Positions 36,408 through 48,467 of a stretch of DNA of 64,000 nucleotides are shown here, piece after piece. Under the pieces are notes generated by a model that did no database searches, had not been told where the DNA came from, and saw only the letters and a list, made by a program, of their open reading frames with translations. The stretch covers positions 1 through 64,000 of the forward strand of contig MU626289.1 in NCBI GenBank assembly GCA_025603075.1, read 5' to 3'. This stretch comes from Neoconidiobolus thromboides FSU 785. Its lineage: Eukaryota; Fungi; Entomophthoromycota. Position 1 is the stretch's first letter. The number at the start of each line of letters is the position of its first letter. A program made the translations under genes and the position numbers.

Positions 36408-36997
36408 ATATATTGTTATTGTGTAGCTGTTTAAGAAGAAGGTCTTAAATACCCAATCACTGTATATAGGCTGAGTTCAAAAAAACTGCTTCAGTTTATT
36501 AAGCCTTTTTAAGCTATACTTTATCCTAACTTTTAAAAAATTTGTTTATAAAAATAAAGGCTCTCAATAAATACCCCATTAAACATGTATTTTCTAGAAA
36601 AGTTAAATGCTATAATAATGTTTCTAAGGCAAGTATATTTTTTTATTGCAAGTGTATTAAATTCAGAATCTATTTTTATATATAGTCAAAAAAACTAAAA
36701 GGTTTAATAGTAGTTATTAATAATATTCGTTACCAATATTTATTAAATAGTAATAACATAATAAAAACCAATAAAGATATTACATGATAAAAATCATTTC
36801 AGTATGTTACTTTAAAAATAATCATTTAATTTAATGTTCCTAAAAAAATTACTATGTGGCAAGTATATTTATAGCAATAGTATAAATATACAAATAGAAT
36901 CCTATTTCTTTTCTATAGTTGACTTTTTAACACTTATTACGAACTTACAATGGGTTACTTTGAGTCTGTTTTTTCCATCATAGAGTTTTACTCAGTA

Positions 36998-37102
36998 TTT
37001 GGGAGTGTTTTTTTTGACTTCATTATTTTTTCTATTTTTTAAGCGCTATTTAAGCGGAAAATTTGTTGGTAAAATTCTTAAACACAAAAATACATCCCCA
37101 TT
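36998..37102 (-). mobile_element. MITE copy abutting the 5' end of the UNC-93-like pseudogene
   Basis: TGGGAGTGTTTT...AAGCGCTATTTAAGCGGAAAA...TACATCCCCA. Confidence 0.88.
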
Positions 37103-38864
37103 TGTTTTTTTTGTCCTGGTTTATCAAGTGCCTTAATAGAAATGGGAGGGTATGAGCATATCGACCCTGCCATATTGACAAAAGACAATACCATATTCTA
37201 TATAGCAGCTTCCATAAATACCTTCTTTTGTGCTCCTATTATTCATCTTTTAAGCCCTATAATAGCCCTCTTTATTAGGTCCTTGACCTATGTCTTTTAC
37301 ACTGGTTCATTATTGGGATGTTTCCATTCATCGCCTGCCACTTTTTATGATCAAGAGCTTTTGTTTATTGTTGGAAGTAGTGTCTCAGGGATTGGATCTA
37401 GTTTATATTGGGTTACACAAGCAGCATTGCTATTAAATTATTCCAATGAGTTTAAGAAAGGAACATGTTTTTCTCAAATGTGGGACGTATATGCCACAGG
37501 CGGTATGATTGGAGGTTTTGTTTATTTAGGTATCAATTATACCACAGCAACCAGTTCATACTTTTCTGCATTTATTTTGATCATAGTTTTAATGTCCTTT
37601 GGTGCCTTATTGGCCTTAGCCATTAAAGGTTTTCCTAAAACCATGGCTGCTGAGAATATCCCAGTTGAAATAACAGAAGACACTACTTTACTACATGAAC
37701 TAATAGGATCATTTGAAACTTTATTCAACTTTAAACTACTATTATTAATTCCTTTTTCTATTTGCACTAATTAGGGGTATATCTATCATCCCTATGTATT
37801 TAATCCCCATTTATTTAACCCACGTACATGCGGTCTTAATAAGGCAGTTTATTGGTGTTTCAAGCAACAGGCACAACAAATTTTTCAAAAAGAGCCATAG
37901 GATTTATTGGATTAGCTTGATCTTTATTATATCGATGTGTGTCTGGGGCGGTGGTTATGCTGCTCAATTAGCCTATTCAAACATTGATTAATCGGATTGG
38001 ATCCGAATTGATTTAAAAGAGTATAAATACATTGAATTACTCTTTCTTTATGTGTTTTATGGCAGTATAACTGGTGAGCTACAAGTATTTGCTTATTGGT
38101 TTATTTGTACACAGAGTAGCAATGCCACTTTGTTAATAAAGTATTCGGGTTTTTTATTCCATTTCGATATACTGGAAATGACATTCTTTATTCTTTATCC
38201 AATTGTAATATTTGTGAAATATCGCTTTGTCAGTCCCATGGTTAATTGTAACATAACAATCGCCTAAGCTGTTGTGTTCTCGAGTTCAGAAGAAATCAAT
38301 CCCATGTTCTTATTTTGATTTGTTATGAGAATTTCTAGCTCCATCCAAAAGAATATTATCCTCTCATTTTGATATTTATACTTTTCAGAGTATAAAAGAG
38401 TTTACAGAGTATAGTAGTTCGAGGCTTTTTAACTGAATTATTACCTGATATCTCAAACATTTAATAAAGCCACTAAGTTTTCTTAATAGTATTTTACATA
38501 GGTTTTACATTAGTATTCTCTATTCTATTTGTCTTATATAGCTTGTAACTTATTACGTGCTATTCCTCATAATCCAAGTCTATCTTAGTCACATAAACTA
38601 AGACCTTTCGACTTATAGTGTAGTCAACCCAGCAATAGCTGTTCTTGACTCCAAACCCTGAGTACCAGATTTCACAATATTGATTGTTTGGTACAGCTTG
38701 TAGTTAGTTGAGTAGCTATTATTGTTGCACTTGTTTTTGGAGGTTTAGTAGTTTTAAAATAGCCTGGTGAGTATTTATCAGATACTGCGTGTGATTCTAT
38801 TGATCCTATTGAAATAGATGAAAGACAAGAACAAGGACAAGAGGGAATAAGGACTAAACCATAA
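37100..38864 (+). pseudogene. Decayed UNC-93-like MFS paralog of 44398-45738
   Basis: ICFFCPG...IDP, AALLLNYSNEFKKG, LLIPF align with the intact gene. Stops at 37772, 37989, 38709 and 38760, frameshifts, a MITE at the 5' end and an ~450 bp interruption (~38155-38600) before the last TM segment. Confidence 0.75.
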
Positions 38865-38926
38865 GATGTTTGGTTTATTAATATTTTATTTGTTTGATTT
38901 GTAATGCTTAACAAATATCTTTAATA

Positions 38927-39408
38927 TATGGGGATGTATTTTTTATTTAAGAATTTTACTAACAATCTTTCCACTCAAATAGTCCTTAAAAATAGAAAAA
39001 GTGAAGGCAAAAAAATTATCATGTAGCTGTAAGCTATTCTATATTAATTTTATATCAACTTATAGTTGAATCATTTAATTCAAATGATAGTAAAATAATC
39101 TTAATTTATAGTAATACAGATACTTACTATTCAAGATTATTATGAAGATCTCTTTTTTAAGGCTTTACTAGTTTATCCATGTAAATAGCCCTTGAAAATG
39201 GAAAAAGTGATGAGATTAACGAGAACTTTTATTTTAGATATTATTTAATTCAATTTCTAATATAGAATGCCTTCTTGGCTCAGTTGGCAGAGCGTCCGCC
39301 TAGTAAGCGGAAGGTCATTGGTTCGATTCCGATAGAAGGCATCTAAATTAGAAATAACTTTTGAGATTTTAATTACTTAAATTTCTCTATATGGGGATGT
39401 ATTTTTCT
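38927..39408 (+). mobile_element. MITE copy 38927-39023 (right end eroded) and left-end fragment 39390-39408, flanking the first tRNA
   Basis: Both start TA-TGGGGATGTATTTTT. Confidence 0.8.
39269..39341 (+). tRNA. tRNA-Thr(AGT)
   Basis: 73-nt cloverleaf; acceptor stem GCCTTCT/AGAAGGC, anticodon loop CTAGTAA, T-loop GGTTCGATTCC. Confidence 0.96.
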
Positions 39409-39843
39409 ACTCAATTTTTAAATACTTTAAAAATAAATTCTTCATTGAAAACCAAAATTATTCAACACAGTTTTAAATTATTTCTATTGTTTAATAAAAC
39501 ACTCACTTAATAAATATTTAAGCTTTTTATTGTTTTTATAAAATAAACTTTACAATTTTAATTAAAATTATATAATTTCTTATTTATTTATCAAATACTA
39601 GATAATAATCTAGTTTGTTATTATGTTTAATAAAATATAAATATTTTTATTATTCTTTTTATATTTTTGTTTTCTTACACTTTTTAAAAAATACATTTGT
39701 TTTTTTATTAGGAATAGCTAAATTATTAATTTCATTATGTTTATAAATAAAAATCTTAAATTTTAAAATTAAGTGATTAATATTTTTTGTTTTAGTACTT
39801 AAAACTATTTTTTGTAAGAAATTTTCAAAATGCTTATTAACTA

Positions 39844-39943
39844 TATGGGGATGTTTTTTTGTGTTTAAGAATTTCAATAACAAATTTTCTACACAAATAG
39901 TGCTTAATCGAAAAAGTAATGAACTTAAAAAAAATACCCCTAT
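39844..39943 (+). mobile_element. MITE copy
   Basis: TA-TGGGGATGTTTT...AAATAGTGCTT...AATACCCC. Confidence 0.85.
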
Positions 39944-40092
39944 TGTAGCTTTTTTCATTAAAATTTTTTTATCTTTATTTTGCTTTTTACTATCATATTT
40001 ATTTTATTCATAAATAACTTTTTTCTAACTACATACTAAGTATATATATTATACAAATCTATTTTTTTTGCTGCTTTTAAAACCATTTAGTA

Positions 40093-40357
40093 TATGGGGA
40101 TGTGTTTTTGTGTTTAGGGATTTTATCAATAAACTTTCCGCTTAAATAGTGCTTAAAAAATGGAAAAAGTAATAAAAGTGAAAAAACACTCCCCCATAAT
40201 TAAATTAAATGAAAAAAATTAAATTTTAGGCTTTTTAAATTTAATTAACTACATGAGAGTGTTTTTTCAGTTTTATTACTTTCACCATTTTTTAAGCATC
40301 ATTTAAATAAAATAGCTATTAATAAAATTTTTAAATAAAAAAACACGTTCTTATATA
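40093..40357. mobile_element. Inverted pair of MITE copies (40093-40198 +; 40252-40357 -)
   Basis: Right ends face each other across ~53 bp; both share the AATAAAA(G/C)TGAAAAAACACTC variant. Confidence 0.8.
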
Positions 40358-40458
40358 TTAAAGACTTATAAATTTAAAAACTTAAAATTTAGATTAACTT
40401 TGAATTTAATTTATTTAAAATAAGCAGTTTAAAATAATAAAGCTTGGATAGGATTACA

Positions 40459-40562
40459 TATGAGAGTGTTTTTTTGACTTCATTATTTTTTCCATTTTTT
40501 AAGCGCTATTTGAGCGGAAAAATTGTTAGTAAAATTCTTAAACACAAAAATACATCCTCATA
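40459..40562 (-). mobile_element. MITE copy (well preserved)
   Basis: TA-TGAGAGTGTTTT...AAGCGCTATTTGAGCGGAAAA...ACATCCTCA-TA. Confidence 0.9.
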
Positions 40563-40635
40563 TGCTTAAATAAATTAAATAATTAACATTTCAAAATAAC
40601 TTATGTTCAACAGAGTTTTATGATAAATATTATTA

Positions 40636-40736
40636 GCTGAGGATATATTTTTGCTTAAAAATTTCGCTAATAATTTTTCCACTTAAACAACACTTCAAAA
40701 TGCAAAAAGTAATGGATTTAGAAAAGCATTCCCATA
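40636..40736 (+). mobile_element. MITE copy (degenerate), 66 bp upstream of the second tRNA
   Basis: TGAGGATATATTTTT...TTTTCCACTTAAA...GCATTCCCA-TA. Confidence 0.75.
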
Positions 40737-40802
40737 TTGCAAACTATTTTGATTTTACTAAAAAAATATATAAATTACAAATCTTTTCTACTAACAGTTA
40801 GA

Positions 40803-40875
40803 GCCTTCTTGGCTCAGTTGGCAGAGCGTCCGCCTAGTAAGCGGAAGGTCATTGGTTCGATTCCGATAGAAGGCA
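40803..40875 (+). tRNA. tRNA-Thr(AGT), identical second copy
   Basis: Sequence identical to 39269-39341; followed by a TTTTT Pol III terminator. Confidence 0.96.
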
Positions 40876-41153
40876 TTTTTCACAAATTAATGTGTAGTTT
40901 TTTTTAGCAAATATCATATCTTTTGTATTTAAAAATTAGGTAATGCTTTATTTTAAGTTATTCTGTAAATGAATCGATAGTGTTTACTAGATTAATAGTC
41001 TTAATGAAATATAGTTTAAAGTGATAAATGGTGGTAATTTTAATTTTGTTATTTTGCTTATGTTTTAAATTTTTAATAGCCAATTGGTAATTTTTGCATT
41101 CTTTTTTAATTGAGTCTAGGATTTAAATTAAAATTATTATCTTGTTATTTATT

Positions 41154-41923
41154 AATGGTGATGTTTTTTGTCTTCATTATTTTTTCCATCTTTTAAGCGC
41201 TATTTGGGTAGAAAAATTGTTAGTAAAATTCTCAAATACAAAATATATCCTCAATATTACAATTATTTACAAAATATAATATATTTAAGCTTTTTTATAA
41301 CCTTAACAAAACTAAATCAAAAATTCTAGCTATATTATTGCTAATATCAGTGGCAACAGCATTAGTTCAATAGTATCTTTCAACTAGTAACATTTTTGAT
41401 TGAACACATAATATATGGGGCTGTTTTTTTTAGTTTCATTATTTTTCCATTTTTTAAGCGCTATTTATGTGGAAAAATTGTCAGTAAAATTCTTAAATAC
41501 AAAAATACATTCCCATATAATAATCTATAAAGATATACAAGTAAGCTATCAAAAAAACTCCCAATAAATGGTTTTAAATGCGTCCAGAGTCAGCATTAGA
41601 TCTTTAAGCTCTACTTGACGCTTATATATAGTAATTGATAAGGTTTAAAATTTTATACTAAGCTAAATACTAGCTAAAATATTAGTTATCTATTATACTG
41701 GTTGATTAGTATTAAAGATTTTGATCTTTATATTGATCGATAAAAAATTAGAAAAGCAAGTTTTGTAATATTTTAAAAACTAATAAGTATGCTATTAATA
41801 TAAATTACATCTTAAAATTGAAAGGGTATAGAAGTGTTTTTTTTGGTCTTATCACTTTTTCCATTTTTAAGTACTATTTGAGTGGAAAGATTGTCAGTAA
41901 AATTTTAAACAAAAAAATAGTCC
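41154..41923 (-). mobile_element. Three MITE copies (41154-41255, 41414-41517, 41827-41923)
   Basis: Each carries the reverse-orientation core AAG(C/T)(G/A)CTATTT...GAAA(A/G)ATTGT(T/C)AGTAAAATT. Confidence 0.82.
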
Positions 41924-44397
41924 AAGTGAGATTCCAAATTAATAAATCTATAATTACATAGTAAAAGCTGAAATATAACTTCATTAATTAATTAAATGTT
42001 TTTATTCGAATATAATTGATTGTTTTATAATATCAGCCTCCTTTTAATATAATGGTTCTAGTGATGCCTTGAAGCTGCCTACATATCAAACTATTTTTAA
42101 AATTATAAGAATATAGATTGAGCGTAGCCATAAAGTTATATAGTCATTAAAGACACTCCCAAATTTATATAAAGTACAAGATAGTTAATTATCTAATGAT
42201 AAACAAATTATTTAATAAAAGGTTATTAAACAAAAGGCACTGTAAACCCAGGTGTTATTGAAATTAGGAATATATAGCACAAGCTATTTGATATTTTGTT
42301 AAAGCAATAGTGTTTATAAGGTATGATAATGATATGACATGATTTCCATTGAAAGATATGTAATAATTAATACCTCTGATTTATTATACAATAATGAGTT
42401 TCTATCAAGCTTAGTGATTTAGTAAAAGAATTGAAAGTACTATCAAGTTTTGGATTCCAGACTATGAATGGACTTGATATTAAGTATAAACCCTATTTGA
42501 ATTTAGATAGAAGCACAAGTAATTAAATATAAAATTAATGGGCTATTTTAATAAAAAGAACAAGTAGAAGATTAATTTCTCTATTTTTTATTATCATCTT
42601 AAATAATACCAGTAGATTGAATGGTTTATGTATTGAAGTTGATATTAAACCATACAGTTGTATATTTGTTATCTTAAATTGCTCCTTAATTGTAATAAAT
42701 ATACTATTTATGTTTGAGACTGTAATTGAATTATTAATGTATCATTTAAATAGCTTGTCATCTCCTTTATGTGAATGTTATTAGACAAAGATAAGAAAAA
42801 GATGTATGGAAATCCTATGACAAACAGAGTTTCATTTTTTAGATTATAAAACTTTAGACGTAAAATTTCCAAACGATATTTAATGAAGTCATTAAAACTA
42901 GAAAAATCTATTTACCTACTATTGAATACGAATAAATGAAAGTTGTATAAATAGCTTTTTAGCTAAATTTGCTTACCAATTAATCTTCTTACTACTCATT
43001 CTACATCATTTTCTATTGGCTTCTCCAATCTTTTTATTTCTGGCTATTGGAACCTCAGTTGTTAACATCTTGAATAACTTATTTTTACTCCAAAATAAGG
43101 TGCTTTGTTTTAAATTTGTGTAAATTTTTTCCAAAAATTAGCTCTATCTTTTTAGTTAGTAACTCTTTTTATTCTCAGCATCCAAAAGCCACTATTATAT
43201 ATTACTTAAGCAGCCTTGGTACCTAAAACTTTAAAACTAACCCAATTAAAATTCACACAGTATATTAGCTTTACTAGATAAAATAATATCAGAAGCTGAT
43301 AATCAAATATTGAATTTGGAATATCAGAAAATAAAAATATTTAACATAAATATAACAAAAAACCCATGATCAAGTAAGAGATTGATATAATCATACTTAT
43401 TTTAGGATAATGGTGTTTTTTATAAGGTTTAAATTTATAAATACTATTTCAATTTAATCTAAGATCATGTGAATTCAGGGTAACATTTATATTTGTAGAT
43501 AATTTAATTGTTACTTTCTATAAAATTTTATAAGCTTATTTCTATTTATTAGGGATTAAACTATACCTATATCATTATTAGCTCTAATAATTAGTAATTA
43601 GGCTGGAATCAATTTTATAGTAACATCTATTGTAAAATAGCGTACCAGACAACGTTATGGCATTGTTATAGTGCTAAATAGGGTTAACATTTGCATTGAT
43701 AACAAAATCGCATGATATATGCAAGATAAAAAAAGCTCATTAAACTTGTATCTCTATTAATTGAGCTTGATGACTTCATAGAAGGAGGAAGTAATAGTAA
43801 TATTTTATAAGAGTATATTATATAAATTTATATCAAAAAGACTAGACTTTTATTTCAACTTAATAGATTTGTTTTTATTTTGAATGTTTTGAATAAGTTT
43901 TATATCCCAGCTTATAAATTTTAAAAATAGAATTAATATAACCTCAAGATTACTAACTTTGTTCATAACTATGATAATTTCACTATCAGCTGATTTTAAA
44001 TAAGGGTACATTAGGTTAAATTTTTATTAAATGATAAGTTAATTTGTGAATTTGATTTTTAGTTTTGCTATTGAAAAGTAGCTTAATAACTATAACCAAA
44101 GACGTGAAGAAATAATATTAAGATAGCATATTATGTCGTTGACATTAAAAAAACACTAGTATTGATAAAACTAAAACGAAATGAACAAAAAAAGTAAATT
44201 TTTCAAGGATGTTCCATATTAGGTAGAATGGTTTTTCTTTAAAGAATAACCTTTAACAAAAAATTTATAAAGATTAATTTAATCTATCAACAAAAGGGTA
44301 TAAATAGACTTAAAAAAACACCGTTACTTTTTATAAATTCAATCTTTTATTTTTATTTGCTTTTTTTAATAATCGTTGATATCTTTAATTTACAATT

Positions 44398-45738
44398 ATG
44401 ATTAAATACAATAGTTCTATGATCCAGAATATACTGGTCGGCTTCATTTGCTTTGCCTGTCCTGGTATGTTTAATGCTTTAAATGGTATGGGTGGTGGTG
44501 GTCAAGTTGATCCAACCGTTGCTTCTCAAGCAAACACTGCTCTTTATACTACTTTCTCTATTTTTGGTATCCTTGGTGGAGCCATTACTAATCTCTTAGG
44601 TCCAAAATTGACTATCTTTATTGGTTCTTTAACTTATGTTTTATATACTGGTGCTATGTTAGCTTATGGTCATATTACTGAAACTAGTCCAGTAGGTGCA
44701 CGTGCTTTTACTATTATTGCTGGTGCTTTGTTGGGTGTTGGTGCCGGTATGTTATGGTCCGCACAAGGTGCCCTTATGTTAGGTTACCCAACTGAAAATG
44801 AAAAAGGAAAATATATTTCCATCTTTTGGATTATTTTCAATATGGGTGGTGTTATTGGTGGTTTAATTTCATTTGGTGTCAACTATACTAACCCTAATCC
44901 AAATGTCACTGATTCTACTTATATTGCATTTATGTGTATTATGTTTTGTGGGTCTTTACTTTCTTTATCTTTACTTGCACCTGCTAAAGTCATTAAATCC
45001 GATGGCAGACATGTTGAAACTATTGAATATCCATCTGCTAAAACAGAGATTGCTGGTGTTCTTAAAGTATTCACTGAATGGAAAATGATTTTGTTAATCC
45101 CATTATTCCTTACCACTAACTGGCTTTATACTTATCAATTCAATGCTTATAACGGTGTCTTATTTAATGTACGTACCCGTTCTTTAAACAATGTAGTTTA
45201 TTGGGGATCTCAAATGTTTGGCGCTTACCTTTTTGGCTTATTGATGGATTTCAAACGTTTAAATCGTAAGACTAGAGCCATTGTAGGTTTAGTTATTGTA
45301 TTCTCTGTTATGATGGCTATGTGGGCCGGAGGTTATGTAGTCCAACTTCAATATACTAGAGAAACTGAACATGAGTGGGTTAAAGTAGATTTCCAAGATT
45401 CTAGATATGGACCTTTATTAGTACTTTATTTAGTTTATGGGTTTGCTGATGCTATACTACAAAGTTGGGCTTATTGGTTAATGGGAGCACAAACTAACGA
45501 TGCTTCTATTTTAGCTAGATATGCTGGTTTTTATAAAGGTATTCAATCCGCTGGTGGTGCTATCTCTTGGGGATTAGATTCAGGTAAATTAGAATATATG
45601 CCTCAACTTTTGATCAATTGGATTTTACTTGCTGTCGCTTGTATCCCTGCACTTATTGTTGCTTTCAAAACAACTCAAAGTTCAGAGGTTGAAGCTCCAG
45701 TTGAGTCCTTTGATCATACCTTGGAAAAATCACCTTAG
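44398..45738 (+). CDS. UNC-93-like MFS membrane protein
   Basis: GFICFACPGMFNALNGMGGGG, GAGMLWSAQGALMLGYP, FWIIFNMGGVIGG, AGFYKGIQSAG; about 12 TM segments; intronless. Confidence 0.92.
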   Translation: MIKYNSSMIQNILVGFICFACPGMFNALNGMGGGGQVDPTVASQANTALYTTFSIFGILGGAITNLLGPKLTIFIGSLTYVLYTGAMLAYGHITETSPVGARAFTIIAGALLGVGAGMLWSAQGALMLGYPTENEKGKYISIFWIIFNMGGVIGGLISFGVNYTNPNPNVTDSTYIAFMCIMFCGSLLSLSLLAPAKVIKSDGRHVETIEYPSAKTEIAGVLKVFTEWKMILLIPLFLTTNWLYTYQFNAYNGVLFNVRTRSLNNVVYWGSQMFGAYLFGLLMDFKRLNRKTRAIVGLVIVFSVMMAMWAGGYVVQLQYTRETEHEWVKVDFQDSRYGPLLVLYLVYGFADAILQSWAYWLMGAQTNDASILARYAGFYKGIQSAGGAISWGLDSGKLEYMPQLLINWILLAVACIPALIVAFKTTQSSEVEAPVESFDHTLEKSP

Positions 45739-46091
45739 ATTGTACTTTTGTCTTCACTATTAATTATTACTTCTAATTTCTCTATTGCTAATTTTATTTT
45801 ACCCTTGAGCTATAATTAAATGAATAAAATTATCTTATTTTTATTTTACAGATATTTCCTAATTATTTAAAATATTTTTAAAAGTACGCTTTATAAACTA
45901 TTCAATACTCTATTGTCATTAATATTTTAAATGATAGTGATCTATACAGCTATCCAAAGGATAGCTATTAGCGAACCGCTCGTTTTTTACCATAGCTTAA
46001 TAAAATTACCAGGATATTTTATAAACTGCAAATTTAAAAAAATAGAGATGATCAGTTGCAACGATATTTTCTTATCCAACCATCCCTAATT

Positions 46092-46191
46092 TATGAAGAT
46101 GTATTTTGTTTAAGAATTTTACTAACAATTTTTCTGTTTAAATAGTGCTTAAAAGATAGAAAGTAATGAAACCAAAAAATATTCACTTATA
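46092..46191 (+). mobile_element. MITE copy (degenerate)
   Basis: TGAAGATGTATTTT...GAATTTTACTAACAA...AAATAGTGCTTAAAAG. Confidence 0.75.
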
Positions 46192-46726
46192 CTGAACTTT
46201 GTTTTGTCTGAAAAATTAAAAAAAAAATGCAGTAAATATTCCAACTATTAAAGTCTACTTTCGCAATTCCTATTTTATAAAATATATACTCAAAAATGCA
46301 GTAAATATTCCAACTATTGCAATTTTATTATGACAATTAACTGTTCATTTACAAATAAAGTATTGCTAAAATTATTTAAATCTATTATTAAACTTAAGAA
46401 CCAGGTAAACATGTAACTAACTCTAAAAATTACCACAACTAAAACCTCGATAGAGCTCCAACAGCTGTATACTATATATTGAACCAATAAGCTATTATTA
46501 CGTTTAAAATTTTCAATATGTTAATGCAAATATGACAGTAATATGCTTCAAAATATACAATTCATAATCTACATAAAACTAGTTTTTTACTAGAATGTTA
46601 GTAACCAATAATCGTTTAACATTTTTAATTGATAAATGGTCAGTGTAGTTTTATAAATTTATATATTTAAGAGATAATGTAATAAGTAATAATTAGCGAA
46701 TATTTTTTATAATAGTATATTAATCA

Positions 46727-46831
46727 TACGAGAGTGTTTTTTTTAACTTCATTACTTTTTCCATTTTTTAAGCGCTATTTGAGTGGAAAATTTGTTAGTA
46801 AAATTCTTAAATGGAAAAATACATCCCCATA
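46727..46831 (-). mobile_element. MITE copy
   Basis: GAGAGTGTTTT...AGCGCTATTTGAGTGGAAAA...ACATCCCCA-TA. Confidence 0.88.
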
Positions 46832-47212
46832 TAATAACAGAAGATATAGAGTAATAAATAGGCTTACATATAAAAATGCAAATTAAATTATGTAATATTG
46901 GTAAAAAAAAGCGAAAAAGTTTGTAAGCAGCTAGAACAATTAATAAGATTTGAAATCTAATTAAAATTAATAGAATAACCAAGTTACTTTTTTATTTCCA
47001 AAATTAACAATTTATTCTTGTTTGGTGCTGGTAATTAGTAAGGCTATTTAGCAGTAAAATACTTAGTGAAGATGTATGAATAAGCAGTTCTTTTGTATTC
47101 TACTGCTTATAAATAATTATAAAAGCCTTATTTGGACCAAAGATATAAAAGCACCTAAAAGTGAGATAAAAAAATTATAAACTAAGATTGAAACAAAACA
47201 AGAATAAGAACA

Positions 47213-47842
47213 ATGACTCGTACTACTAAAATCTACATTCCATACTACTCTACATACCAGCATATCTATTCATTAGCTAAAGCCATCAAAGAAGGGGCTG
47301 AACGTGTACCCAATGTTGAAGTTAAAATTTTTCAAGTACCAGAAACTTTACCCCAAGAAGTACTTACTAAAATGTATGCACCACCAAAACCAGAAGGAAT
47401 TGAAGTGATTACCCCTGAATTATTAAAAGAAGCCGACGGCCTTTTATTCGGTATCCCAACTCGATTTGGTATGATGCCAGCCCAATGGAAGCATTTTTGG
47501 GATGCTTGTGGTGGTTTATGGGCTACTGGTGCCTTACAAAATAAATTTGCTGGTACTTTTGTATCCTCTAATACTCAACATGGTGGGCAAGAAACTACTC
47601 ATCTTACATTTTTAACTACCATTGCTCATTTTGGTATGGTTTATGTACCACTTGGATATGCTTCTACTCATCTCCAAGAAGCTAACGAAGTAATTGGTGG
47701 TTCTCCATATGGGGCTTCAGTAGTTGCTGGCGAAAATGGGGCCAAACAAGCTTCGGAAAAAGAATTAGAGATTGCCCGTACTCAAGGCGAAAATTTTGCC
47801 AAATTAGTTTCTCAATATGTTAAAGGTTCTGAAACTGCTTAA
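47213..47842 (+). CDS. Flavodoxin-like NAD(P)H:quinone oxidoreductase (WrbA/Pst2 family)
   Basis: GIPTRFG, HGGQETT, GGSPYGA motifs. Confidence 0.92.
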   Translation: MTRTTKIYIPYYSTYQHIYSLAKAIKEGAERVPNVEVKIFQVPETLPQEVLTKMYAPPKPEGIEVITPELLKEADGLLFGIPTRFGMMPAQWKHFWDACGGLWATGALQNKFAGTFVSSNTQHGGQETTHLTFLTTIAHFGMVYVPLGYASTHLQEANEVIGGSPYGASVVAGENGAKQASEKELEIARTQGENFAKLVSQYVKGSETA

Positions 47843-48005
47843 GTATAATTTTAATTAAAATTTGTATATTATCTGTTTTATTATCTGTTAAGTTTTACTT
47901 GATACTTTATAAATTTTCCTGTAGTTATTCATATAGTTTTTCGTTGAAGTTGGAATTCAAGCATTGACTTCATACATATTATAAATTGGTTTACATTTTC
48001 AAATA

Positions 48006-48108
48006 TATGGGGATGTATTTTTGTTTAAGAATTTTACTAACAATTTTTCCGCTTAAATAGTGCTTAAAAGGTGGAAAAAGTAATGAAATCAAAAAAAGCA
48101 TCCCCATA
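48006..48108 (+). mobile_element. MITE copy (intact TIRs)
   Basis: TA-TGGGGATG...CATCCCCA-TA. Confidence 0.9.
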
Positions 48109-48467
48109 TATTGATTTATATTTTAGGTATTGGTGTCTACTATACTTGAAAGTAAGTGGAAATACCTTCAGGTTACGATCTTATAACTTAAACAGTTCCA
48201 TAAAAAATTAACCATTATAGCTAGAAATGCTTGGTATAGTTTGTTTTCTTTTTTGGTAGTATTTTTCACTTATGTCGTTTATCATAATAACATTACAGTA
48301 CCTTAGTAAATTAAATAGGGAAATAATTACTTATAGTCAATTATCAATGATGTGTAATATTGAAATTAAATGCACTTTGAAATGCTTTTTTATTTATATA
48401 TATTACATGGCTTACAAGCCCTATCTAAGGTGTATGTTTCCATGCTATAGTAAATTACTAAATAACA

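Noticed and set aside
38927-41923. Clustered ~100-bp repeats as a possible CRISPR or satellite array
   Set aside because: Mixed orientation, irregular spacing, terminal inverted repeats and eukaryotic context indicate MITEs.
42700-43230. Stop-riddled coding-like frame on the minus strand (FLEKIYTNLKQSTLFWSKNK), possibly a decayed LINE
   Set aside because: No diagnostic RT, endonuclease or transposase motif could be read; needs BLASTX.
46223-46318. 27-bp direct repeat AAAAATGCAGTAAATATTCCAACTATT
   Set aside because: Two copies only; looks like a simple local slippage duplication.
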